From: an uncultured Rhodospirillaceae bacterium
GTDB lineage: Bacteria; Pseudomonadota; Alphaproteobacteria; UBA828
Reading direction: 5' to 3'
NCBI GenBank assembly: GCA_963997635.1
Contig: CAXEND010000013.1
Location: 1,279 to 65,278, forward strand
Length of the DNA: 64,000 bases
Shown: positions 32,040 through 42,431 of the stretch, piece after piece
Position numbering within the stretch: position 1 is the stretch's first letter
Layout of the letters: each line of letters starts with the position of its first letter
The notes under the pieces: generated by a model
Databases searched by the model: none
Seen by the model: only the letters and a program-made list of their open reading frames with translations
What the model was told of the DNA's origin: nothing
Position numbers and translations under genes: made by a program

Positions 32040-33020
32040 ATGCCAGAATTAACCGTACGTGAAGCTCTTCGTGACGCTATGGCCGAAGAAATGAGGCTAG
32101 ATCAAGATGTTTGTCTTATTGGAGAAGAGGTAGCTGAATATCAGGGTGCATATAAAGTAAGCCAGGGACTACTGGAAGAATTTGGTGAATTAAGAGTCGT
32201 TGATACTCCTATAACAGAAGCTGGATTTACTGGACTTGGAGTAGGAGCTGCAATGGGAGGCCTAAAACCCATTGTTGAGTTTATGACTTTCAATTTTGCA
32301 ATGCAATCAATCGACCACATCATAAATTCAGCAGCAAAGACACTATATATGTCAGGTGGTCTAATACCTGTACCAATTGTATTTCGCGGGCCAAATGGTG
32401 CTGCTTCTAGAGTTGGAGCACAACATTCCCAATGCTTTGCAAGTTGGTATTCTCATATTCCAGGACTAAAAGTAATTAGTCCATGGTCTGCGTCCGATGC
32501 AAAGGGATTATTAAAAGCAGCTATTCGTGATCCAAACCCGGTAATATTCCTAGAAAATGAGTTATTATATGGTGAGTCCTTTGAAGTGCCAGAAGGAGAA
32601 AACGAAATTGTACCTATAGGCAAGGGTAAGATAGTTAAATCAGGATCTGATGTTACTATAACTGCTTTCTCTATTATGGTTGGTAAAGCTTTAGATGCTG
32701 CTGAGATAGTTTCAAAAGACGGGATAAATGTGGAAGTCATTGACCTTCGTTCAATCAGACCCTTAGATATAGAAACAATCATTAGCTCAGTAAAAAAAAC
32801 CAACAGATTAATCTCAATTGAAGAAGGGTGGCCAACATCTGGCATTGGAGCTGAAATAGCAGCATTAACAATAAAACATGCTTTTGATTATTTGGATGCT
32901 CCTATAGAAAGAATAACTGGCTTAGATATTCCTCTACCTTATGCAGAGAACCTTGAAAGAGCTGCTTTGCCTCAAGTTTCAAATATAACAGATAGTATTC
33001 GTAATATTTGCCAACATTAA
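32040..33020 (+). CDS. pdhB: pyruvate dehydrogenase E1 component beta subunit
   Basis: Transketolase-like pyrimidine-binding and C-terminal domains, 326 aa. Confidence 0.92.
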   Translation: MPELTVREALRDAMAEEMRLDQDVCLIGEEVAEYQGAYKVSQGLLEEFGELRVVDTPITEAGFTGLGVGAAMGGLKPIVEFMTFNFAMQSIDHIINSAAKTLYMSGGLIPVPIVFRGPNGAASRVGAQHSQCFASWYSHIPGLKVISPWSASDAKGLLKAAIRDPNPVIFLENELLYGESFEVPEGENEIVPIGKGKIVKSGSDVTITAFSIMVGKALDAAEIVSKDGINVEVIDLRSIRPLDIETIISSVKKTNRLISIEEGWPTSGIGAEIAALTIKHAFDYLDAPIERITGLDIPLPYAENLERAALPQVSNITDSIRNICQH

Positions 33021-33080
33021 TTTATTAATTTAGTTATAATTTTGACTACTAAATCGTCTCTTTAAGAAGGACAAAATACT

Positions 33081-34367
33081 ATGCCAAAAAACATATTAAT
33101 GCCTGCTTTATCTCCTACCATGACTGAGGGAAATGTAGCGAATTGGTTAAAAAGTGAAGGTGATAGTGTTTCCCCAGGTGATCTTCTTTGTGAGATAGAA
33201 ACTGACAAAGCAACAATGGAGGTTGAGTGCATAGATGAGGGTATTCTTGGTAAAATTGTTATCCCTGCTGGAACAGAAGATGTTCCAGTAAATACCATCA
33301 TAGGAGTTATCCTAGAAGAAGGAGAAGAAAACTCTGAATTAACTTCAAATACTAACTCAGATGTCAAAAAAGAAAACACAATTGAAAATAATTTACCTAA
33401 AACAGAAGATGTCAAAAACTATATAAAAACCTCTGAAATACAATCTGCTAAAAGCAGCAAACATAATGAAAGAATTCTTGCAAGCCCTCTAGCTAAAAGA
33501 ATGGCAGCAAAAGTAAATCTAGATCTTAATAACATTACTGGCTCAGGTCCCGGCGGTAGAATTGTGAAAATTGATGTGGAAAAGGCTATAGCCACTTCAT
33601 TTGCTCCAAAAGAATCAAAATCAGAAATATTAGATAATTCCCCCATGGAACTGACTAAGACACAAACACTTAATTCAGAATATAAAGAATTAAAACTTAG
33701 TAATATGAGAAAAGTTATTGCCTCTCGTTTACAAGCATCTAAACAACAAATTCCTCATTTCTATCTTTCTATTGATTGTGAAGTAGATGCACTTCTTGAG
33801 ACACGTAAAAAACTAAATGCAACCTCAAAAAATGAGAAAATTTCTGTAAACGACTTCATAATTAAGGCATCAGCACTATCCATACGTAAATTCCCAGAAT
33901 GTAATACATCATGGGTCGATGGAGGTATTATCAGACAATACTCATCAATAGATATTTCAGTTGCAGTCGCAATTGAAGATGGTCTAGTAACCCCAATAAT
34001 TAGAAATGCAGATAATATAGGATTAAGTAAGGTTTCAGAAACGGTCAGAAATCTTGCTGAACGTGCAAGAGAGAAACCTATGGGCTTACTTCCAGAAGAA
34101 TATCAGGGTGGAAGCTTCAGTATATCAAACTTAGGCATGTTTGGTGTAAAAGAATTCCAAGCGGTTATTAATCCTCCGCAAGCAATGATTTTAGCTGTTG
34201 GGCAAGCTAACCAACGTCCAATAGTAAAAGAAGGGGCGTTATCAATAGCAAACGTCATGACTTGTACCCTTTCTGTAGACCATCGCGTAGTCGATGGAGC
34301 AACAGCAGCAAAATTTTTACAAGTTATCAAAGGTTATATTGAAAATCCACTGACCATGTTGCTTTAA
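33081..34367 (+). CDS. pdhC: dihydrolipoamide acetyltransferase (E2) of pyruvate dehydrogenase
   Basis: N-terminal lipoyl domain (ETDKATMEV), an E3-binding domain and a C-terminal catalytic domain (DHRVVDG). Confidence 0.92.
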   Translation: MPKNILMPALSPTMTEGNVANWLKSEGDSVSPGDLLCEIETDKATMEVECIDEGILGKIVIPAGTEDVPVNTIIGVILEEGEENSELTSNTNSDVKKENTIENNLPKTEDVKNYIKTSEIQSAKSSKHNERILASPLAKRMAAKVNLDLNNITGSGPGGRIVKIDVEKAIATSFAPKESKSEILDNSPMELTKTQTLNSEYKELKLSNMRKVIASRLQASKQQIPHFYLSIDCEVDALLETRKKLNATSKNEKISVNDFIIKASALSIRKFPECNTSWVDGGIIRQYSSIDISVAVAIEDGLVTPIIRNADNIGLSKVSETVRNLAERAREKPMGLLPEEYQGGSFSISNLGMFGVKEFQAVINPPQAMILAVGQANQRPIVKEGALSIANVMTCTLSVDHRVVDGATAAKFLQVIKGYIENPLTMLL

Positions 34368-34402
34368 ATATATTTTATATAATTTTCTAGGAGGAAACTA
34401 TT

Positions 34403-35803
34403 TTGTCCGAAGACAGTTTTGATATTTTTGTAGTTGGAGGCGGGCCAGGGGGTTACGTAGCTGCAATTAGAGCGGCACAACTTGGCATGAAAACTGGTAT
34501 AGTTGAAAGGGAGAATCTTGGAGGTATTTGCCTAAACTGGGGATGCATCCCGACAAAAACGTTATTAAAATCAGCAGAAGTTTTTCATTTATTACAAAGG
34601 TCAGAAGAATATGGAATAACTGCAAAGAATGTAGAGCTAAATATTGAAAAAATTGTTTCTAGAAGCCGTAACGTAGCAAATCAATTAAGCAACGGCATTA
34701 AACATCTTATGAAAAAAAATAAAATTACGGTTTTTGAGGGACATGCAGAAATCCAAGATAAAAATTCATTAAAAATAAAAACAATTAATGAGGAAATTAC
34801 TGTTAACAGTTCAAATATCATACTGGCAACAGGTGCTAGGCCTCGGGAATTACCCAATATAAAACCTGATGGGGATAGGATATGGACCTATAAACATGCA
34901 ATGGTTCCGCAAACAATTCCAAAATCAGTTTTGATCATTGGATCAGGTGCTATAGGTATGGAATTTGCAAGTTTCTATAGGGATTTAGGAACAGAAGTTA
35001 CAGTAGTAGAATTACTTGACCAAATTTTACCAGCTGAAGATCACGATATAGCAAAATTTGCAGCAAAAGCATTTGAGGAACAAGGAATAAATATTTTAAC
35101 TAGTTCTAAAGTTACAGAAGTGGGTATAGAAAAAAAACATGCACGTGTCACAATTGAAATGCAAAACAAAAATAAAACTGAAAAAATTATAGAGCAAGTT
35201 ATTCTTGCCGTTGGCATTATTGGGAACACAGAGAATCTTGGGATCGAAAAAACAGATATTCAAATAAAAAATGGTCATATTATTACAGATAAATACTCTT
35301 TAACGGGGCAAGAAGGTATTTATGCAATTGGTGATGTAACCGGTCCTCCGTGGCTGGCACATAAAGCTTCTCATGAAGCTGTAACTTGTGTGGAAAATAT
35401 AGCTGGCCTAAAAAATGTTCACCCAATAACAAAAGAAAATATACCTGGATGTACATACTGCAGACCACAAATTGCTTCGTTAGGGCTAACAGAATCAGAA
35501 TCAGAAAAACTAGGGCATAAAACAAAAATAGGTAAATTTCCTTTTGCAGGAAATGGTAAAGCTCTTGCTATGGGAGAAAACAAAGGATTAATAAAAACCA
35601 TATTTGATAGAGAAACAGGAGAATTACTTGGTGCCCATATGATTGGAGCAGAAGTAACGGAGCTAATTCATGGTTTTTCTATTGCAAAAAGTATGGAAAC
35701 AACAGAGCGTGAGTTGATAAATACTATTTTTCCTCACCCTACCTTATCAGAAATGATACACGAGTCTGTGCTTGATGCTTATGGGCAAGCAATTCATATA
35801 TAA
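34403..35803 (+). CDS. lpdA: dihydrolipoyl dehydrogenase (E3)
   Basis: FAD-binding GGGPGGY and redox-active disulfide GGICLNWGCIPTK. TTG start. Confidence 0.93.
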   Translation: MSEDSFDIFVVGGGPGGYVAAIRAAQLGMKTGIVERENLGGICLNWGCIPTKTLLKSAEVFHLLQRSEEYGITAKNVELNIEKIVSRSRNVANQLSNGIKHLMKKNKITVFEGHAEIQDKNSLKIKTINEEITVNSSNIILATGARPRELPNIKPDGDRIWTYKHAMVPQTIPKSVLIIGSGAIGMEFASFYRDLGTEVTVVELLDQILPAEDHDIAKFAAKAFEEQGINILTSSKVTEVGIEKKHARVTIEMQNKNKTEKIIEQVILAVGIIGNTENLGIEKTDIQIKNGHIITDKYSLTGQEGIYAIGDVTGPPWLAHKASHEAVTCVENIAGLKNVHPITKENIPGCTYCRPQIASLGLTESESEKLGHKTKIGKFPFAGNGKALAMGENKGLIKTIFDRETGELLGAHMIGAEVTELIHGFSIAKSMETTERELINTIFPHPTLSEMIHESVLDAYGQAIHI

Positions 35804-35830
35804 ATAGAGAATATACATTCGGATAATTTA

Positions 35831-36754
35831 ATGAATATTACAAAAAAAGCACCAATTATACAAAGCATAAGTCCTACACCTAAACCAAACTGGCTTAGGG
35901 TCAAAGCACCTACGTCACCTGAATACCATGCAACAAAGAACCTAATGCGTCATCATAAACTAAATACAGTCTGCGAAGAGGCAGCATGCCCAAATATTGG
36001 TGAATGCTGGAAAAAAAATCACGCTACAGTAATGATTCTAGGAAGCATTTGCACTAGGGCATGTGCCTTTTGTAATGTAAAAACAGGGACTCCAAATAAA
36101 CTAGATTTAAACGAACCTGAACAAGTTTCCAATGCAATAGCCAATCTAGGATTAAAACATGTAGTTATTACCTCAGTTGATCGTGATGATCTCGAAGATG
36201 GTGGTGCTAAACATTTTGCTAGATGTATCAGCAAAGTAAGGAAAAAATCCCCTAGTACAACTATAGAGGTACTTACTCCAGACTTTCGTAATAAAAATGG
36301 GGCATTAGAAATTGTAATTGAAGCCACACCAGATGTATTTAACCACAATCTTGAAACTGTTCCTAGACTTTATAATTCTGTGAGGCCGGGGGCCCGCTAC
36401 TTTCATAGCTTAAAAGTTTTAGATAAAGTTAAACAACATGACACTAGTATATTTACAAAATCTGGGATCATGGTTGGTCTGGGTGAAGAAAAGTCAGAGA
36501 TACTACAAGTAATGGATGATCTGAGAGTAGCAAATGTTGATTTTATAACAATTGGGCAATATTTGCAGCCTACATCTAGACATCATCCTATAAAAAACTT
36601 CATAACACCCGATGAATTTAATGAGCTTGAACGTATTGCCTATGCAAAAGGTTTTTTAATGGTTTCTTCATCTCCATTGACTAGATCGTCACATCATGCA
36701 GGAGAGGACTTTCAAAGACTCAAGGAAGCAAGAATAAAAGCCAGAACATGCTAA
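35831..36754 (+). CDS. lipA: lipoyl synthase
   Basis: Radical-SAM cluster CTRACAFC plus an N-terminal auxiliary cysteine cluster ([12 protein letters not shown]). Confidence 0.95.
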   Translation: MNITKKAPIIQSISPTPKPNWLRVKAPTSPEYHATKNLMRHHKLNTVCEEAACPNIGECWKKNHATVMILGSICTRACAFCNVKTGTPNKLDLNEPEQVSNAIANLGLKHVVITSVDRDDLEDGGAKHFARCISKVRKKSPSTTIEVLTPDFRNKNGALEIVIEATPDVFNHNLETVPRLYNSVRPGARYFHSLKVLDKVKQHDTSIFTKSGIMVGLGEEKSEILQVMDDLRVANVDFITIGQYLQPTSRHHPIKNFITPDEFNELERIAYAKGFLMVSSSPLTRSSHHAGEDFQRLKEARIKARTC

Positions 36755-36808
36755 AAAAATATGTTTGTTAATTATTTATAAAAATATTTTTAATGGGACC
36801 ATGAATTT

Positions 36809-37243
36809 ATGCCCAGCTATAAAGAATCAACAATAATGGGATATAATCAGACTCAAATTTTTAATCTTGTTGCTGATATAGAAAGTTATCCCGAGTTTTT
36901 ACCTTGGTGTTTAGGATCACGTGTTACAAAACATAGTGATACAATCATTGAAGCAACTCTTATAGTTGGCTTTCAGCTTGTTCGGGAAAAATTTGGCTCA
37001 AGAGTACACCTTGACCGACCAAATTATACTATTAAGACAGAACATACCCACGGTCCATTCAATTACCTAATTAATTCTTGGCAATTTAAAGAGCATCAAA
37101 ATGGATGTGAAGTTGATTTTTTTCTAGATTTTGAATTTCGTTCACCAATTCTTAAAAAATTAATGACTACAATTTTTGCCGATGCAGTAAAAAAAATGAA
37201 TGTATCCTTCAAAGAAAGAGCAGAGTCTTTATATGGTAACTAG
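36809..37243 (+). CDS. SRPBCC family protein (RatA/Coq10-like ubiquinone-binding)
   Basis: 144 aa polyketide-cyclase/START-like fold. Its position downstream of lipA is conserved in alphaproteobacteria. Confidence 0.7.
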   Translation: MPSYKESTIMGYNQTQIFNLVADIESYPEFLPWCLGSRVTKHSDTIIEATLIVGFQLVREKFGSRVHLDRPNYTIKTEHTHGPFNYLINSWQFKEHQNGCEVDFFLDFEFRSPILKKLMTTIFADAVKKMNVSFKERAESLYGN

Positions 37244-37289
37244 ACAAATTAATGAATCACTTACTGCTGGCTTAAAAACTAGAGCTCCC

Positions 37290-37802
37290 TTAGTTAAAAA
37301 TTGAGATTAATAAATCTATTCCAGTCAAAGTTGATTGGTGCCTAATATCATCACGATCACCAAGAAACATATATTTTTTTTGTATGATTTTTTTATTCAC
37401 ACCTGAAATCAAAGCAAAATACACTAAACCAACAGGTTTTATCTTAGTCCCCCCGTCTGGGCCGGCTATACCAGTTATAGCAATCGAAACAGCAGCATCT
37501 GATCTTTCTAGACCTCCCCGAGCCATCGCTAGAGCAACTTCTGGGCTAACAGCACCAAATTTATCAATGAGATCATATTTTACATTAACGGTGTTGACCT
37601 TAGATACATTTGAATAAGTCACGAACCCTCTATCAAAGATAGCTGAGGATCCAGGAATTTGAGTTATAGCAGCAGATATCATTCCTGCAGTACAAGATTC
37701 TATTGTAACAATTTTAACTTTATTCTTTTTACAAAGCTCCATTAAAATTAAAGCTTTGCCCTGCAAGTTATTGTTATTAATCATAAGTTTGTCATCATCC
37801 AT
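37290..37802 (-). CDS. CinA C-terminal domain protein (NMN amidohydrolase PncC-like)
   Basis: CinA_C motifs TIESCTAGMISAAIT and GIAGPDGG. The start is probably the ATG at 37802. The longer ORF would overlap pgpA. Confidence 0.8.
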   Translation of the reverse strand: MDDDKLMINNNNLQGKALILMELCKKNKVKIVTIESCTAGMISAAITQIPGSSAIFDRGFVTYSNVSKVNTVNVKYDLIDKFGAVSPEVALAMARGGLERSDAAVSIAITGIAGPDGGTKIKPVGLVYFALISGVNKKIIQKKYMFLGDRDDIRHQSTLTGIDLLISIFN

Positions 37803-38272
37803 ATATTCCAAATAATAAGGCAGGCTAATATACCTCCAATACAATCATCGAGCATAACTCCAAACCCACCCTTTACTCTTCTATCTAGAAAAGAGATAGG
37901 CCAAGGTTTAATTATGTCAATTATACGAAATATTACAAAACCCAAGACATAATAAATTATATCTGGAGGGATCAAAACTAACGTCAACCACTGTCCAGCA
38001 ACTTCATCTACCACAATTGCAGGGGAGTCCTCCTGACCAGAAACCCTGACATAATGTTCGCTAGCCCAAACACCAAGGAGTAATGTAACAATAATAATAA
38101 CAAAGAAACCAATTACTCCGAGATATTGGCTTATAGGCCATGCGAGGAGAGCTGCCACAATCGATCCAGTGGTTCCTGGGGCAAAAGGAGAATAACCAAC
38201 ACCAAACCAAGTTGCAAAAGCTACTCGCGGATCTTGAAGGGATGGACGAGGGAAAGAAAGATTTTTATTCAT
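37781..38272 (-). CDS. pgpA: phosphatidylglycerophosphatase A
   Basis: PgpA membrane fold (FATWFGVGYSPFAPGTTGS), 163 aa. Confidence 0.85.
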   Translation of the reverse strand: MNKNLSFPRPSLQDPRVAFATWFGVGYSPFAPGTTGSIVAALLAWPISQYLGVIGFFVIIIVTLLLGVWASEHYVRVSGQEDSPAIVVDEVAGQWLTLVLIPPDIIYYVLGFVIFRIIDIIKPWPISFLDRRVKGGFGVMLDDCIGGILACLIIWNIWMMTNL

Positions 38273-38275
38273 TAA

Positions 38276-39541
38276 TTAAAAACAATCTAAATCCGGTATC
38301 TCTATAGAAACTATGGCGTGGGCGGCAATACCCTCACCACGACCAGTAAAACCTAATTTTTCAGTTGTAGTACCCTTTATACTAAAACATAATTTAGAAT
38401 ATCCAGTAATAGATGAAATATTTTTAATCATCTGCTCTCTATAGATTGATATTTTTGGACGTTCACAGATAATAGTTATGTCTGCATTAATCAATTTACC
38501 ATTTTTTTCATGCATTATATTGATAGCATGAGTTAAAAAATTTGATGAACTAATATCATGCCATTTGTCTTCTCCAGGAGGGAAGTGGGTACCAATATCT
38601 CCTGACCCTAAAGCACCTAAAATTGCATCAACAAGTGCATGTATTGCTACATCACCATCCGAATGAGCTTCAACTCCCTTTTCAAAGGGTATATGTATTC
38701 CACAAACAATCAAACCGTCTCCTGACCCAAAACGATGAACATCAAATCCCATTCCTACCCGATGTTGCAAAGCAGCTTGATTGATTTCTGGCATTTCTAA
38801 ATCCTTATTTTTTAAATTTATATTACTCAAAGAATTCTTAGCTAGATTTAGATCTTTTGGGTTTGTAATTTTAAAATTTTTTGGATCACCATCAATTATA
38901 ATTACATCCTTACCAAGGGTCTCTATAATACCTGCATCATCAGTAAAATTGTTTATCTTAACAGTTCGATGCGCTTTTATAATTTCGTCAAAATAAAAAG
39001 CTTGTGGGGTTTGAATTAGCCATAAGTCTGATCTATCTATTGAGCTTTTAATAATGGAGAAAACTCTAGAATCATTTTTATTTTTAGATATTTTTACTTT
39101 TTTTATACTATCAGAAACTCGAATTGCTGGCACAGCTCCAATATTACTATCTAAAGCACTACATAATTTTAAAATAATTTCTTTTGAAACAAACGGCCTT
39201 GCTGCATCATGTATAAATACTTGATTAGGGGGGGGGTCTAATTGATCTAAATATTCTAGACCATTTCTAACAGAATCTTGCCTTTCTGCTCCTCCTATAA
39301 CTGGACTAAGTAATTTGCTTTTAATATTTTCTGGTATATCAATAATTGCTGACTCGAATAAATCTATATCATTCTCTGCAATTACAATGCAAATTTCATT
39401 TATTTCATTACAAGAGCCCAATGAAACAAGGCTATGCCAGATTATTGCATGCTTATCTAAAAGCATATACTGTTTTGGAATATCACCTCCAACCCGCTTT
39501 CCCTGCCCAGCGGCTAATAATAATGCTGATCTTTTAAACAA
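38276..39541 (-). CDS. ispDF: bifunctional 2-C-methyl-D-erythritol 4-phosphate cytidylyltransferase / 2-C-methyl-D-erythritol 2,4-cyclodiphosphate synthase
   Basis: N-terminal IspD (LLAAGQGKRVG) fused to C-terminal IspF (GFDVHRF...HSDGDV). This fusion is typical of alphaproteobacteria. Confidence 0.92.
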   Translation of the reverse strand: MFKRSALLLAAGQGKRVGGDIPKQYMLLDKHAIIWHSLVSLGSCNEINEICIVIAENDIDLFESAIIDIPENIKSKLLSPVIGGAERQDSVRNGLEYLDQLDPPPNQVFIHDAARPFVSKEIILKLCSALDSNIGAVPAIRVSDSIKKVKISKNKNDSRVFSIIKSSIDRSDLWLIQTPQAFYFDEIIKAHRTVKINNFTDDAGIIETLGKDVIIIDGDPKNFKITNPKDLNLAKNSLSNINLKNKDLEMPEINQAALQHRVGMGFDVHRFGSGDGLIVCGIHIPFEKGVEAHSDGDVAIHALVDAILGALGSGDIGTHFPPGEDKWHDISSSNFLTHAINIMHEKNGKLINADITIICERPKISIYREQMIKNISSITGYSKLCFSIKGTTTEKLGFTGRGEGIAAHAIVSIEIPDLDCF

Positions 39542-39811
39542 TCAAATTTCCTCTACAAAGTGATTAACTAAATACTGCAAATTTATATCAAGTTTTGTAG
39601 CATGTGACTTTACCCCAATAAACTGTATCTGTAGTATTAGAGTGCAAAAAATTATCTCAAATTATAAATGATTTCTTGTTTATAGATAATATTACCAATT
39701 AATAAATCCACTAAATACAGAATTCTGAATGCTTTGATACATATTATCTAATAATTCATACAGTATACTTAACTTCCAGTTATTATGTAAATTTGTAGGA
39801 GAGTAATTAAG

Positions 39812-40108
39812 TTGTCATACCAAAAGCCAAAGTCTTTGAGAGAAGGGAGTGTAGAGCTTAATGAACACGGTGGGCTTTCCCAAACTATAGAAAAACATCT
39901 TCAAAAGTATTTTAAAGCACACGGCGGAGAATTACCCCCACCAAATTTGTATAAGCGGGTAATTAATGAGATTGAGCGTCCATTACTATCAATCTCATTA
40001 AATGCAACGAACGGTAACCAGCTTAAAGCAGCCAATTTATTAGGGCTAAACCGAAACACACTCCGTAAAAAACTTACTGAACACAAAATAAAATTTAACA
40101 AAAAATAA
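39812..40108 (+). CDS. Fis-family DNA-binding protein (full-length Fis-like, 98 aa)
   Basis: Aligns along its whole length to Fis (KHLQKYF, NLYKRVINEIERPLL, GNQLKAANLLGLNRNTLRKKL), with the HTH at the C-terminus. An AGGAGA ribosome-binding site lies upstream. TTG start. Confidence 0.75.
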   Translation: MSYQKPKSLREGSVELNEHGGLSQTIEKHLQKYFKAHGGELPPPNLYKRVINEIERPLLSISLNATNGNQLKAANLLGLNRNTLRKKLTEHKIKFNKK

Positions 40109-40121
40109 AAGTGAAAATTTA

Positions 40122-42389
40122 GTGGCTAAAACAAAAAAGCTATTACAAAAAAATAATCAAAACAAAAACGTAAATTCTTTGAGAATAGGAGAAACTATTT
40201 GGTTGTGGGCTCAACGAATTGCTTTGGCGAGAAAGCTAGCGATAGCTCTTTCTATTGCGTCTGTAATGTCTGGAATCGCAACTTATCTTGCGATGAGTGG
40301 TGTAGTGCCTTTTGGCGGACCAAATAACAAGGTCGTAGTTCTACTAAACATTGACTTAGTCCTTCTCCTGCTATTAGGAGCAACAGTAACTGTTCCAATA
40401 GTAAAACTTTGGCTTGCCAGAAGGCGAGGGTATGCAGGTTCGCGATTACATATTCGTATGGTAGGACTTTTCAGTCTTGTCGCTGTAGCTCCATCAATAG
40501 TTTTAATAATCTTTTCTGCTCTTTTTCTACATTTTGGTCTTCAAGCCTGGTTTAGTAAACAAGTATCAACAGCCTTAGAACAGTCATTAGTAGTTGCAGA
40601 AGCATATGTAGATGAGCATCGCGAAGGTATAAGAGCAGATGCTTTGGCAATGGCTGCCGATATTAATCGACAAATTTCATACATCTCTGGGAGTTCCTCC
40701 CGCTTTAACCAAGTAGTTGAACGTTTGGCTGAACTTAGATCGCTTACAGAGGCCGTTGTAGTGTCAAGAAACGGAAGAATTATAGCTCGCGATTCACTTA
40801 GTCTCTCATTAGAACTACAGAGGATACCCGAAAATGCTCTACAAGCGGCAGCTAGGGGAGAGACCGTTATACTCAGTGATAAAGACTCTAATAGGGTAAG
40901 GGCATTATTACAATTAGATGGATTTGTGGATGCATATCTTCTTGTTGGTCGCTTTATAGAGAGTCGTGTCATCGGACATGTTCAAAGAGTTCAGGGAGCC
41001 GTTGGAGGCTATAAAGACTTAGAAAAACGCAATTCAGGTATTCAGATTACTTTTGTCTTAATTTTTGTAGTGGTAGCATTATTAGTACTTCTTGCATCTG
41101 TTTGGATGGGATTATATTTTGCCAATAGACTAGCTGGACCTATTGGAGAACTTATAATAGCAGCTGAAAAGGTTAGACAAGGAGATCTAAATGTTCGTGT
41201 AGTTGAAGGTAGAGAAGTTGATGAAATTAGCACATTATCTCGAGCCTTTAACCGGATGACAGGACAACTCTATAGTCAACGCCAAGATTTAATGGAAGCG
41301 AGCGAACAAATTGATGAACGGAGACAATTCACGGAAGCTGTTTTATCAGGGGTCTCTGCGGGAGTAATAGGTCTAGATGTTAATGGGAAAGTGACCCTTC
41401 CAAACCCTTCAGCACTTAAACTCCTCGAGAAAGAAAATGATGATTTAATTGGATCAAATATATCAGATGTGCTTCCTGAATTGGATAATATGCTTTCATT
41501 AGCTAGCAACAAACCAAACCGATCTATTGAAAGACAACTTGATATTGATAGGGGAGGTCGTAAGCGAAATCTTATTGTCAGAATATCTGCTGAAACTTCG
41601 GACAAAATAATTATTGGCTATGTTTTAACATTTGATGAGATTACTGCTCTCGTATCAGCTCAAAGATCAGCCGCATGGGGAGATGTTGCTAGGCGCATTG
41701 CTCATGAAATTAAAAATCCCTTAACTCCCATTCAACTTGCAGCTGAACGTTTAAAAAAACGCTATTTAAATGAAATTAAATCTGAACCAGATGTATTCTC
41801 AGTATGTATAGAAACAATCATTCGTCATGTTGGAGATATAAGACAGATGGTGGATGAATTTTCTTCTTTTGCACGCATGCCTGCACCAAAAGTTTCTGCC
41901 TGTAATCTCTTAGAACTTACAGAACAAACAATATCTCTACAAAGAATTGCAAGACCAGACATTCAATTTCAAATAATATGCGAAGATATTCTAGATTTGG
42001 TTCACTGTGACAGGACGCAAATAGGGCAGGCTATCACAAACTTGCTAAAGAATGCTATCGAGGCAATAGATTCAAAAAAAACTCGATATAAAAATAATAA
42101 TAATCTGCCACAGGGTAAAATAACTGTTAATATTAAAAGTGAAGAAGAGTTTGTTCAAATTTCTATTAAGGATAATGGTATGGGACTTCCTAGGGAAAAT
42201 CGGGACAGACTCACGGAACCTTACGTTACAACAAGATCTCAAGGCACTGGATTAGGACTTGCTATAGTTGCTAAAATTGTCGATGACCACGGAGGCGAAC
42301 TAAAGCTAAAAAGCAATAATGATGAAGGTGCTATTATTTCATTTTCGATTAAAAGTGTGGGCAATAATATCAAGCCATCAAAAAGTTAA
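40122..42389 (+). CDS. ntrY: sensor histidine kinase NtrY
   Basis: N-terminal TM segments, HAMP and PAS domains, HisKA (HEIKNPLTPI) and HATPase_c (GTGLGLAIV). 755 aa. GTG start. Confidence 0.88.
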   Translation: MAKTKKLLQKNNQNKNVNSLRIGETIWLWAQRIALARKLAIALSIASVMSGIATYLAMSGVVPFGGPNNKVVVLLNIDLVLLLLLGATVTVPIVKLWLARRRGYAGSRLHIRMVGLFSLVAVAPSIVLIIFSALFLHFGLQAWFSKQVSTALEQSLVVAEAYVDEHREGIRADALAMAADINRQISYISGSSSRFNQVVERLAELRSLTEAVVVSRNGRIIARDSLSLSLELQRIPENALQAAARGETVILSDKDSNRVRALLQLDGFVDAYLLVGRFIESRVIGHVQRVQGAVGGYKDLEKRNSGIQITFVLIFVVVALLVLLASVWMGLYFANRLAGPIGELIIAAEKVRQGDLNVRVVEGREVDEISTLSRAFNRMTGQLYSQRQDLMEASEQIDERRQFTEAVLSGVSAGVIGLDVNGKVTLPNPSALKLLEKENDDLIGSNISDVLPELDNMLSLASNKPNRSIERQLDIDRGGRKRNLIVRISAETSDKIIIGYVLTFDEITALVSAQRSAAWGDVARRIAHEIKNPLTPIQLAAERLKKRYLNEIKSEPDVFSVCIETIIRHVGDIRQMVDEFSSFARMPAPKVSACNLLELTEQTISLQRIARPDIQFQIICEDILDLVHCDRTQIGQAITNLLKNAIEAIDSKKTRYKNNNNLPQGKITVNIKSEEEFVQISIKDNGMGLPRENRDRLTEPYVTTRSQGTGLGLAIVAKIVDDHGGELKLKSNNDEGAIISFSIKSVGNNIKPSKS

Positions 42390-42431
42390 AACATTTAACT
42401 TAATTTTTTATAGGAGTTAAATAATATAAGA

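Noticed and set aside
33062-33415. 117-aa antisense ORF inside pdhC, and similar 100-145 aa antisense ORFs inside ntrY (40541-40972), ntrX (42782-43183), trpD (18881-19264), groEL (50115-50423) and ppiD (23945-24289)
   Set aside because: Each lies fully inside a well-supported gene on the opposite strand, in locally GC-richer stretches where stop codons are rare. Their Ser/Pro/Ala-rich, low-complexity composition is typical of shadow ORFs.
36809-37243. SRPBCC/RatA as a type II toxin
   Set aside because: There is no adjacent small antitoxin-like partner (RatB). The conserved lipA-adjacent position favours a housekeeping Coq10-like lipid-binding role.
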